This document shows, piece after piece, positions 10,331 to 19,182 of a stretch of DNA of 64,000 bases; positions within the stretch are counted from its first letter, which is position 1; each line of letters begins with the position of its first letter. The notes beneath the pieces were generated by a model. That model was not told the DNA's origin. It searched no databases and saw only the letters and a list, made by a program, of their open reading frames with translations. The position numbers and the translations under genes were made by a program. Source of the DNA: Thermodesulfobacteriota bacterium. GTDB taxonomy: Bacteria > Desulfobacterota > Desulfobacteria > Desulfobacterales > SURF-7. The stretch lies in assembly GCA_049320885.1 (NCBI GenBank), contig JBMORA010000033.1, positions 47,500-111,499 of the forward strand, given 5' to 3'.

Positions 10331-10756
10331 ATGACCAGTAGACAGTTTACCATATTGATCGCCGATCGGAACCCCCATGTCCGCGAACTGCTGAAACGGG
10401 AGTTGACCGACAGCGGATACCGGATACATCTGGCGAAAACCGCCCAGGAGGTCGTGGACGTGGCTTTCCGATCCGAGCCGCCGGATCTGCTGATCCTGGA
10501 TCCGGATCTGCCGGACAACGGACGTCTTTCCCCGCTGCGAAAGCTGAAGGAGTGCGCCCCGGCCTTGCCGCTCGTTCTCCACCTCCATAGCCCGGACACC
10601 ACGGCCGGCCTGGAAGGGCTGCTCGTCTGCGGCATCATTGAAAAAACCGGGAACAGCATCGAAAACGTGAAAAAGACCGTCGCCGAGCTTTTTAACCGCC
10701 GGAATACGTCTGAAAATCCACCAGGGCACCGCGGCCTTGCGCCGGGTCCGGGATGA
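10331..10756 (+). CDS. Atypical stand-alone receiver domain protein
   Basis: ILIADRNPHVRELL, LLILDPDLP; degenerate acidic pocket. Confidence 0.8.
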   Translation: MTSRQFTILIADRNPHVRELLKRELTDSGYRIHLAKTAQEVVDVAFRSEPPDLLILDPDLPDNGRLSPLRKLKECAPALPLVLHLHSPDTTAGLEGLLVCGIIEKTGNSIENVKKTVAELFNRRNTSENPPGHRGLAPGPG

Positions 10757-10763
10757 ACCGCCC

Positions 10764-12479
10764 ATGAGTCAACCCATGATCCGTTCGGAAGCCCATTTTT
10801 ACCAGAACCTGACCCGCAGGATTATTTCGACCATCCTGATCGTGTCGTTCACCCCCATGATTCTGGCCACCGTAATCCTGCTCTACCAGTTCCGGGAGGC
10901 CTATATCGAAAAAACCAACGAACATCTGGTGGAAGTGGTGATGAAGCACAAGCAGAACATCGACGCCTTTCTGAAGGAGCGCCTGAGCAATCTGCGCTTC
11001 CTGTCGGCCAACCGAAGCATAGAGGAACTGATCGATGAACCCTTTCTGCAGGAAAAACTGAATCTGCTCAAAAGAGAATACGGCCTTGTTTTCACGGATC
11101 TGGGCCTCATCAATGACGAAGGGATTCAGATGGCCTATGCAGGCCCCTTCAACCTTGCCAATGCCCGTTATTCGGAAGCCGCCTGGTTTCATCAGGCGAT
11201 CAAGACCAGCTACTATATCAGCGATGTGTTCCTGGGTCTGCGGGGGCATCCCCATTTCATCATCGCCGTCCGGCATACATACAGGGGACGATATTGGATT
11301 CTGCGGGCCACCATCGATTTCGCCGCCTTCAACTCCCTGGTGGAAAACCTGCGGGTCGGCAAAACCGGCATCGCCTTTTTGATCAACAAGGAGGGCCAGC
11401 TCCAGACAAAGCCCTCCTTTGATGTCTCCCCGGAAAAAATCGACTACCTGCTGAAAATCTCCCAACAGAATGACAGCGAATTTCATGTGTTCCGGGATTC
11501 GTACGAAGGCGGCGAGCATGTCTTTGTGACCGCCTTTCTGAAAAACCATAACTGGCTGCTGATATTTCAGCAGGACACCAATGACGCCCTGGCGGATGTC
11601 GATCGTACCGCAAAAATCGCCGCCGTGATCTTTCTGCTGGGCGCCTGCGCCATCCTGCTTATGGCCTTGATTCTGTCCCGGCGGATCGTGCGCATTATCC
11701 GTTCCGCCGACAAGAAAAATGAACTGATGCAGCAACAGGTGGTGGAGACCGGCAAACTGGCCTCCCTGGGAGAACTTGCCGCCGGCATCGCCCATGAAAT
11801 CAACAATCCGGTGGCTATCATGGTGGAAGAGGCCGGCTGGATCGGCGATCTGCTGGAAGAGGAAGACCTTCGGCAAAGCAGCAACCTGGAGGAATTCCAA
11901 AAATCCCTCCGGCAAATCCACACCCAGGGCAAACGGTGCAAGGACATTACCCATAAACTGCTCAGCTTCGCCCGAAAAACGGACAGCCAGACCAAGGATG
12001 TTCAGGTCAACGATCTGATAACGGAAATCGTGGCCCTCAGCGCCCAGATGGCCAAATACAACCGGGTGGATATCCGGACCCACCTGCAGAAGGATATCCC
12101 GCGCCTGAACATTTCCCCATCGGAAATGCAGCAGGTGCTGCTGAACATGATCAACAACTCGCTGTATGCGCTGGAAAAACGCGGAGGCGTCATCGATATA
12201 ACCAGCAAGCAGTCCCAGGATCAGGTCTTTATCGATATCGCAGACAACGGTCCGGGAATTCCGGAATCCATTCTGCCACGGATTTTCGATCCTTTTTTTA
12301 CCACCAAACCGGTGGGCAAGGGAACCGGTCTGGGTCTGTCCATCTGTTTCGGCATCATACAGAAAATGGGAGGTGATATCACGGTCAACAGTGCGGTGGA
12401 TATCGGAACACGGTTCCGGATCAAGCTGCCGCTGAAAGCAGGAACACAGGTTGCAGGAGCTGCCTCCGCGGGCGCCTGA
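10764..12479 (+). CDS. Cache-type sensor histidine kinase
   Basis: TM, periplasmic domain (YISDVFLG), [28 protein letters not shown]. Confidence 0.93.
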   Translation: MSQPMIRSEAHFYQNLTRRIISTILIVSFTPMILATVILLYQFREAYIEKTNEHLVEVVMKHKQNIDAFLKERLSNLRFLSANRSIEELIDEPFLQEKLNLLKREYGLVFTDLGLINDEGIQMAYAGPFNLANARYSEAAWFHQAIKTSYYISDVFLGLRGHPHFIIAVRHTYRGRYWILRATIDFAAFNSLVENLRVGKTGIAFLINKEGQLQTKPSFDVSPEKIDYLLKISQQNDSEFHVFRDSYEGGEHVFVTAFLKNHNWLLIFQQDTNDALADVDRTAKIAAVIFLLGACAILLMALILSRRIVRIIRSADKKNELMQQQVVETGKLASLGELAAGIAHEINNPVAIMVEEAGWIGDLLEEEDLRQSSNLEEFQKSLRQIHTQGKRCKDITHKLLSFARKTDSQTKDVQVNDLITEIVALSAQMAKYNRVDIRTHLQKDIPRLNISPSEMQQVLLNMINNSLYALEKRGGVIDITSKQSQDQVFIDIADNGPGIPESILPRIFDPFFTTKPVGKGTGLGLSICFGIIQKMGGDITVNSAVDIGTRFRIKLPLKAGTQVAGAASAGA

Positions 12480-12567
12480 AGAGAATCGAGTAGAAACAGG
12501 CCGGCCCGGCCGGAGGCGGTTTTTGGAAAGGACGGTTTACAACAACGCATTGAAGGGAGAACAAGGT

Positions 12568-12999
12568 ATGACCATCGCTAATATATTGCTGGTTGACGAC
12601 GAAGTCCCATTCGTGGAGGCCATTCAAAAACGTCTCGTCAAGAGGGAACTCCATGTCCTCTCCGCCCATAGCGGCAAGGAAGCCTTGGCATTGCTGGAAA
12701 AATCCAAGGACACCGAAGTTGTCATCCTGGACGTCAAAATGCCGGAAATGGACGGAATCCAAACCCTGACGGAAATCAAAAAACGCCATCCCCTCGTGGA
12801 GGTGATCATGCTCACCGGGCATGCCACGGTGGAATCCGCCATCGATGGAATGAAGCAGGGCGCCTATGACTACCTGATGAAGCCTTGCGACATGGATATC
12901 CTCATCACCAAGGTCAAGGAGGCCGCGGACAAGAAAAGAAAGCATGAGGATAAAATCGTCGAGGCGCGCATGAAGGAAATCACCCAGCGCATGGCGTAA
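12568..12999 (+). CDS. Stand-alone response regulator receiver
   Basis: LLVDDE, ILDVKMP, EVIMLTGH, YLMKP; ATG at 12568. Confidence 0.92.
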   Translation: MTIANILLVDDEVPFVEAIQKRLVKRELHVLSAHSGKEALALLEKSKDTEVVILDVKMPEMDGIQTLTEIKKRHPLVEVIMLTGHATVESAIDGMKQGAYDYLMKPCDMDILITKVKEAADKKRKHEDKIVEARMKEITQRMA

Positions 13000-13010
13000 G
13001 GACCCGGGGT

Positions 13011-13433
13011 ATGACGGCACAGTCAACAACAACACGGAATTCGAGACAAAAGCCCATCAGGCTGCTGTTGGTGGACGATGAAATCGCCTACGCCAACGTG
13101 CTGGCCAACCGTCTCGAAAAACGGGGCTGCCGGGTGGTGAAAAGCTACAGCGGCACCGAAGCCGTCCGTGCTCTTCGCCATCAGGAATTCGATGTGGCGG
13201 TTCTGGACTTGAAAATGGAAGACATGAGCGGCATCGAAGTGCTGAAGATTTTCAAAAAACTGGCGCCCGAAATGGAAGTCATCATGCTCACCGGCCATGG
13301 TTCCGAAACAGCGGCCAGGGAAGGCATGGAAACCGGCGCTTTTGATTATCTTACCAAGCCATGTGAAATAGACGAATTGCTGCCGAAAATCACGGCGGCC
13401 TATCAGGCGAAACAAGGAAGCATGGAAGGATGA
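13011..13433 (+). CDS. Stand-alone response regulator receiver
   Basis: LLVDDE, VLDLKM, EVIMLTGH, YLTKP. Confidence 0.92.
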   Translation: MTAQSTTTRNSRQKPIRLLLVDDEIAYANVLANRLEKRGCRVVKSYSGTEAVRALRHQEFDVAVLDLKMEDMSGIEVLKIFKKLAPEMEVIMLTGHGSETAAREGMETGAFDYLTKPCEIDELLPKITAAYQAKQGSMEG

Positions 13434-13518
13434 ATCCCCCTTGCCGGGGGACGACGGTCACCCATGGCCGCAACAACGGCAACGGAAGATTCAAAGAACG
13501 TGAGGAGAGACGGAAGCA

Positions 13519-13917
13519 ATGGAATCCATTACGGTGCTGCTGGTGGATGACGAGGAACGTTTTGTCACCTCAAATGCAAAACTGCTGAATAAGTTGGGAT
13601 TTAGAGTTCTGACCGCCATGAGCGGGGATGCGGCCATACAAATCCTGGAAAGCAATGACGTGGATGTGGCCGTTGTGGATGTCAAGATGCCGGGCATGGA
13701 TGGAATCACCCTGCTGACCGTCATGAAAAAACGATTCCCCTTGGTGGAAGTGGTGATGCTCACCGGGAACGCCACGTTTGAATCCGCTGTTTCCGGTCTG
13801 AAAATCGGCGCCAGTGATTATCTCATGAAGCCGGCGGATCTGGACGAACTGGTTCTGAAGATACGGGAGGCGAATGAAAAACGCAAAATCCAGCTGGAAA
13901 AAACCCGCCCGCGTTAA
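13519..13917 (+). CDS. Stand-alone response regulator receiver
   Basis: LLVDDE, VVDVKMP, EVVMLTGN, YLMKP. Confidence 0.92.
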   Translation: MESITVLLVDDEERFVTSNAKLLNKLGFRVLTAMSGDAAIQILESNDVDVAVVDVKMPGMDGITLLTVMKKRFPLVEVVMLTGNATFESAVSGLKIGASDYLMKPADLDELVLKIREANEKRKIQLEKTRPR

Positions 13918-13962
13918 TGGAGACGGGGACAGCTTCCCCGGGAAAGGGATCGAGGTGCGTAA

Positions 13963-14379
13963 ATGAAAGTTCTATTCGTCGACGATGAGTCCGTTTTTCT
14001 GGATGTCATTCTCCGTCGCATGAAAAAACGCAATATTGACGCCCATGGCGCAACCGACGGTGATCGGGCCATCGAACTGATGGAAAAAAACAATTTCGAT
14101 GTCGCGGTTCTCGATGTCAAAATGCCCGGGAGCAGAAGCGGCATTGAATTGCTGAAGGAGATTAAAGTTCGTTGGCCTCTCATCGAAGTGATCATGCTCA
14201 CCGGCCACGCCATGCTCGAGGCAGCCAGAGACGGCATGGAAAACGGGGCGTTCGACTATATCGTCAAGCCGGCGGACACCGACGAACTGTTCTATAAAAT
14301 CAATGACGCTTATCAGAAGAAGTCCCTGCAGGAAATGAAAATCAGGCATATCGATAGTATCATGAAGGACAAGAAATAA
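13963..14379 (+). CDS. Stand-alone response regulator receiver
   Basis: LFVDDE, VLDVKMP, EVIMLTGH, YIVKP. Confidence 0.92.
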   Translation: MKVLFVDDESVFLDVILRRMKKRNIDAHGATDGDRAIELMEKNNFDVAVLDVKMPGSRSGIELLKEIKVRWPLIEVIMLTGHAMLEAARDGMENGAFDYIVKPADTDELFYKINDAYQKKSLQEMKIRHIDSIMKDKK

Positions 14380-14411
14380 AAAACAAGCAATTTATCAAGG
14401 AGGTTTGCAAC

Positions 14412-15692
14412 ATGAATTGGTTAACGACAACAGGCCGATTTCTCATGGCCGGCGCGAAAGCCCACGCGGACTGGGAAATCAGTACGGCCAACACCATTCT
14501 GACATCCAGAAAGCGCCTGGCGGTACTGGGCCTGATGCTGCTCCCGATCCTGATCGGCGGGATCGTGTTCGCCGAGGATATCGCCACCGAACTCCCCAAA
14601 TACCTGGGAGGAAAAACCGCTTACAGTCCATCCTTTTTCACCATGGGGGTTTTTGTTTCCTCCATTTTCATCGGGCTTTGCGCCGGTTTGATCACCGGCT
14701 GCATCGGCGCGGGCGGCGGGTTCATCATTGCCCCGGCGTTGATGAGCGCGGGCATCAAGGGTATCCTGGCGGTGGGCACCGATCTCTTCCATATTTTCGC
14801 AAAAGCCATCATGGGCAGCGTGCTGCATAAGAAGCTCGGCAACATCTCCGTGGCCCTGGCCCTCATTTTTCTGATCGGCTCGGTTTTCGGCGCCACCCTC
14901 GGCGGTTATATCAACCGCGTCCTGTACGAACTGAATCCGATCATCAGCGACGCCTTCATCACCACCATCTATGTGCTGATGCTGGGCGCCCTGGGAGCCT
15001 ATTCCCTCCTGGATTATTTCAAGGCCAGAAAAGCCGGCGGCGGCGGCGATGCCCACGGCGGGAATGCCGAAGGCACCGAAATGGGCAATCTGCCGAAAAA
15101 ACTCCAGGCCATCAATCTGCCCCCCATGGTATCCTTTGACCAGGGCATCATCCCCGGCGGGCGCCATATCTCCTCGTGGTTCCTGATCTTGAGCGGATTT
15201 GCGGTGGGTCTTTGCGCCGCCATCATGGGTGTGGGCGGCGGCTTCCTGACCTTCCCGATTTTTGTATATGTTCTGGGTGTTTCCTCCATGACCACTGTGG
15301 GAACGGACATTTTCCAGATCATTTTCACCGCCGGGTATGCCGCCATTGGACAATACGCGATCTACGGTTTTATTTTTTACACCCTGGCCATGGGCATGCT
15401 GCTGGGTTCCCTGCTGGGCATTCAAATCGGCGCCATGGCCACCAAGGTCGTAAAAGGCATCACCATCCGCGGCTTTTACGCCATGGCGGTTCTGGCGGGA
15501 TTCATCAACCGCTTTTTCGCCCTGCCGTCCAAATTGTCCTCCGTGGGCGCCTTTCCACTGTCGAAAGAACTCGCCGGCACCCTGGATACCATCGGTATCT
15601 GGCTTTTCTTCGTGTTTATTTCCATTTTCGCCGTCTGGGTGATCGGTACATTTGTGATGAACATTAAAAAATTAAAAGGTGAGGAGGCGTAA
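14412..15692 (+). CDS. TauE/SafE (sulfite exporter) family membrane protein
   Basis: Duplicated GAGGGF/GVGGGF and VGTD motifs, multiple TM helices. Confidence 0.85.
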   Translation: MNWLTTTGRFLMAGAKAHADWEISTANTILTSRKRLAVLGLMLLPILIGGIVFAEDIATELPKYLGGKTAYSPSFFTMGVFVSSIFIGLCAGLITGCIGAGGGFIIAPALMSAGIKGILAVGTDLFHIFAKAIMGSVLHKKLGNISVALALIFLIGSVFGATLGGYINRVLYELNPIISDAFITTIYVLMLGALGAYSLLDYFKARKAGGGGDAHGGNAEGTEMGNLPKKLQAINLPPMVSFDQGIIPGGRHISSWFLILSGFAVGLCAAIMGVGGGFLTFPIFVYVLGVSSMTTVGTDIFQIIFTAGYAAIGQYAIYGFIFYTLAMGMLLGSLLGIQIGAMATKVVKGITIRGFYAMAVLAGFINRFFALPSKLSSVGAFPLSKELAGTLDTIGIWLFFVFISIFAVWVIGTFVMNIKKLKGEEA

Positions 15693-15697
15693 GCGTT

Positions 15698-16390
15698 ATG
15701 ATAACCGACAAGAAAGAATTCTATGGCGGCGCCGCCATGATGGCCGGTTTTTTGGCCGTACTGTTCATTATGTTTCTGCCCCTGTTCGAGGGCCAAAAAA
15801 ACAGCTTGAATTATCTGGACGACTTGTTTAATTCCATATCCAAAAACTCGGCTTACTATATTCCGACAATCAAAACGAATGTGGCCAAATCGGAAACCGG
15901 AAAAAATCTGACCCTCGATCTTTCATTGGATTCGGACACCCTGGCCAAGGAAGGCGCCCTGCTGCTCCAGAAAAGCGGCGCTTCGGTCGCTGTGGATGGC
16001 AAATCCATACATGCCGTCGGAGATCTGGGTCTGATGCTGGGTAATTGCCTGGATGACGCGGACACCCTGTTTAACAACAATGGACAGGCCCTTCAGGACA
16101 AATACGGAATCGAAGGGAAAAAAACCCTCTTCGTCTGGCACAGCATTTTGAAGTCTTTACAAAAGGCCTTGGACAAACAGGAAAAATTCGATGAAAGCAA
16201 GGTCGTTTACACGGTCATGACCAAGGCCGTGGAATGCGCCTACAATTATTATCGGGTGGTGCCCCAGAAAATGTCCGAACGCCTGGGAATGGTCGTTTTT
16301 TCGCTTGTCTTTTATGTCATTTACACCATGTGGTACGGCTATGCGATTTTATATTTGTTTGAAGGCTGGGGACTTCAGATCAGTCACTAA
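15698..16390 (+). CDS. Hypothetical membrane protein, probable TauE partner
   Basis: N- and C-terminal TM helices flanking a soluble domain; starts 5 bp after the TauE gene. Confidence 0.8.
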   Translation: MITDKKEFYGGAAMMAGFLAVLFIMFLPLFEGQKNSLNYLDDLFNSISKNSAYYIPTIKTNVAKSETGKNLTLDLSLDSDTLAKEGALLLQKSGASVAVDGKSIHAVGDLGLMLGNCLDDADTLFNNNGQALQDKYGIEGKKTLFVWHSILKSLQKALDKQEKFDESKVVYTVMTKAVECAYNYYRVVPQKMSERLGMVVFSLVFYVIYTMWYGYAILYLFEGWGLQISH

Positions 16391-16408
16391 TCCGGCGATT
16401 TGTATCCC

Positions 16409-19021
16409 ATGAAGTGGATAACGGATTTTTTCAAGCGCCGTTTCGGAGCGAGGAAGCAGGAAGACGATCCGGGCACCGAAGAACTGCGCATCGCGTTCAA
16501 GGAGCGCTATAATCATTTTAAATTGTTGCTGAGCGCCAACAACAAAGCGCTCGAAATCATGACCGGCATCGAGCAGGTGCTGCAGGGAAAACAGCCTTTC
16601 GGCATGGCGTTTGTCAGAAGCAATTGCATCGCCATCACGGTGAACCTGCTGCGCCTGCTCAAAAGCCTGGAGCATATCAGCGCGGGAAAATACAATGCAT
16701 TGTATGCGCGTTTTGACGAGATCTGCCACACCATCCAAACCATCATCGAACAGAAACGGGAGGAAACGGACGAGCGCTTCATCATTCCGCTGAACACCAT
16801 CACCCGCACCATGTCCGATCTCGTGGGCAACAAGATGGCGAATCTAGGCGAAATCCAAAACCGCATCCACCTGAAAGTGCCGGATGGATTCGCCATTACC
16901 GCCCACGCCTACCGGCGGTTCATCGAATTCAACGACCTCCAGACGGAAATCGACCGGCGCTACATCGCCACCGATATCACCGACATGGAAGCGCTTTACA
17001 GCCTGAGCGCCGGAATCCGAGAACTTATCCTTTCATCCTCCCTGCCCGGGGAACTCGAGGCGGCGATTCGCCAAGCCACCACCATCCTGGAAAAGGGGAT
17101 GGATCGAAAAATCACCCTGGCCCTCCGCAGCAGCGCCATGGGCGAAGACTCGGCGGAGAATTCCTTTGCCGGTCAGTATCATTCGGAACTGAACGTCCTC
17201 CCGGAAAACGTGTTGACGACCTACAAGGAAATCATCGCCAGCAAATACAGCCTGACCGCCGTCACCTATCGGCTCAACAAAGGAATCCGGGATGAAGACA
17301 TCGCCATGAGCGTCGGCTGCATCGCCATGGTGGACGCCCGCTCCGGCGGGGTCATGTATTCGCGCAATCCCATCGACATCGCCGACACTTCCGTCTTCAT
17401 CAACGCCGCCTGGGGCCTGCCCAAGGCAGTGGTGGACGGCAGTATCGACGGGGATTTGTTTGTCGTCAACCGAATGAATCCATTGCAGATCGTGCATAAG
17501 GACATCCGGCGGAAAGACGCCCGGTTCCTGTGTTTTGCCGAAAACAGCGCCTGCCGTTTTGAGATCACCGGGCAATCCGGCGAGCAGCCCTCCATTCGTG
17601 ATGACGAGGCCCTGACCTTGGCGAAACTCGCCTTGAGCATGGAACAGTATTACGGTTCGGCCCAGGACATCGAGTGGGCCATTGATCAGAAGGGGACGGT
17701 CTTCATCCTTCAAACCCGCCCGCTGCAGCAGATGGACCGTGTCCCGCCGAATTACCCGGATGAAGTAAAATGGAAATCGGAAGAAAACGTGCTTGCCGGC
17801 GGTGGAATCGCCGTCTGCCCCGGGGTCGCCAGCGGGGAAGTGTTCATCGTGAATCATCCGGGCGACATGGTTCATTTCCCCCGGGGCGGCATCCTGGTCG
17901 CCCGCCAGGCGCTGCCCGTCTGGGCATCCCTGCTGAGCCGGGCAGCGGCCGTTATCACCGAGCAAGGCACTTTTGCCGGACATCTCGCCAATGTGGCCCG
18001 TGAATTCAAAGTCCCCGCCCTCTTCGGGTTGAAGGACATCACCACCCTTCTGAAAAACGGCGATCTTGTCACCCTGGACACGTCTTGCCTGTGCCTTTAT
18101 AAAGGCAAGATCGATCTGCCTGCCGTGGAAACGGAAACCGTCCGCGGCTCCATCGAGGGCAGCCCTGTATATAAAATCCTGCTGGAAGCCAGTAAGCACA
18201 TAATCCCCTTGACCCTGCTGGATCCCTATGCCCCGGAATTCAAGCCTGAAAACTGCCTCACTTTTCACGATATCACGCGCTTTTCCCATGAAAAGGCCGT
18301 CCAGGAGATGTTCGATTTCGGGAAGTCCCATAATTTCTCCGAAAGATCCAGCAAACAGTTGTATTACAAAGTCCCCATGCAGTGGTGGGTCTTGAATCTG
18401 GACGATGGTTTCACGGAAGAAGTCAAAGGCAAATACATCCGGCTCGACAACATCGCCTGCATCCCCATGCTGGCCTTATGGGAGGGAATCGTCGCCGTTC
18501 CCTGGAGCGGACCGCCGCCCATCGACGGCAAGGGGCTTGTCTCCGTCATGTTCCAATCCACGGCCAACCGGGCCCTGGAACCGGGCCTTCGTTCGGCCTA
18601 CACCGAACGCAATTACTTCATGATTTCCAAACATTTCTGCAGCTTCACCTCCCGCCTGGGATATCATTTTTCCACCGTGGAGGCCCTGGTCAGCGAAAGG
18701 ACCTCTGAAAATTATATCAATTTCCGGTTCAAGGGCGGCGCCGCGGACAGCCAGCGGCGCATCCGGCGGGTCCAATTCATCGGCGATATCCTGACGGATA
18801 ACTCCTTCCGGGTCGAAACCAAGGAGGACAACCTGGTGGCCCGCATTGAAGGCTACGAAATCGGTTTCATGCTGGAGCGGGTTAAAATCCTCGGATACCT
18901 GACCATGCATACCCGCCAACTGGATATGATCATGTCGAACAGTGTGGCCATCCAACACTATCGAACCCAGATCGATCACGATATTAAAACCCACCTGCTG
19001 AGTAAGCCGCCACTTGTCTAG
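16409..19021 (+). CDS. PEP-synthase/PPDK-like protein (ATP-grasp plus His swivel domain, non-canonical N- and C-termini)
   Basis: VGNKMANLGE, VPDGFAIT, ALRSSAMGEDS..SFAGQY, QDIEWA, ILQTRP, VITEQGTFAGHLANVARE. Confidence 0.88.
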   Translation: MKWITDFFKRRFGARKQEDDPGTEELRIAFKERYNHFKLLLSANNKALEIMTGIEQVLQGKQPFGMAFVRSNCIAITVNLLRLLKSLEHISAGKYNALYARFDEICHTIQTIIEQKREETDERFIIPLNTITRTMSDLVGNKMANLGEIQNRIHLKVPDGFAITAHAYRRFIEFNDLQTEIDRRYIATDITDMEALYSLSAGIRELILSSSLPGELEAAIRQATTILEKGMDRKITLALRSSAMGEDSAENSFAGQYHSELNVLPENVLTTYKEIIASKYSLTAVTYRLNKGIRDEDIAMSVGCIAMVDARSGGVMYSRNPIDIADTSVFINAAWGLPKAVVDGSIDGDLFVVNRMNPLQIVHKDIRRKDARFLCFAENSACRFEITGQSGEQPSIRDDEALTLAKLALSMEQYYGSAQDIEWAIDQKGTVFILQTRPLQQMDRVPPNYPDEVKWKSEENVLAGGGIAVCPGVASGEVFIVNHPGDMVHFPRGGILVARQALPVWASLLSRAAAVITEQGTFAGHLANVAREFKVPALFGLKDITTLLKNGDLVTLDTSCLCLYKGKIDLPAVETETVRGSIEGSPVYKILLEASKHIIPLTLLDPYAPEFKPENCLTFHDITRFSHEKAVQEMFDFGKSHNFSERSSKQLYYKVPMQWWVLNLDDGFTEEVKGKYIRLDNIACIPMLALWEGIVAVPWSGPPPIDGKGLVSVMFQSTANRALEPGLRSAYTERNYFMISKHFCSFTSRLGYHFSTVEALVSERTSENYINFRFKGGAADSQRRIRRVQFIGDILTDNSFRVETKEDNLVARIEGYEIGFMLERVKILGYLTMHTRQLDMIMSNSVAIQHYRTQIDHDIKTHLLSKPPLV

Positions 19022-19060
19022 CGGGCGGATTTCAGGTACGGGCAAGCCCGAAAAGAAATA

Positions 19061-19076
19061 TGGCACGAGGGTTGCT
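19061..19076 (+). promoter_or_regulatory. Sigma54 -24/-12 promoter
   Basis: TGGCAC-GAGGG-TTGCT. Confidence 0.75.
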
Positions 19077-19182
19077 TTTCGTTATTCCGTCACTGCAGTG
19101 GAACTGACCGCCCATAAGCCGGAGAACCCATCGATTCCCCCGGCCATGGCGGTCCAAGAAAGGAGCCAACCGCATAATAACG

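Noticed and set aside
16409..19021. Calling this gene ppsA or ppdK
   Set aside because: Pyruvate/PEP-binding barrel motifs were not found, so no symbol is given
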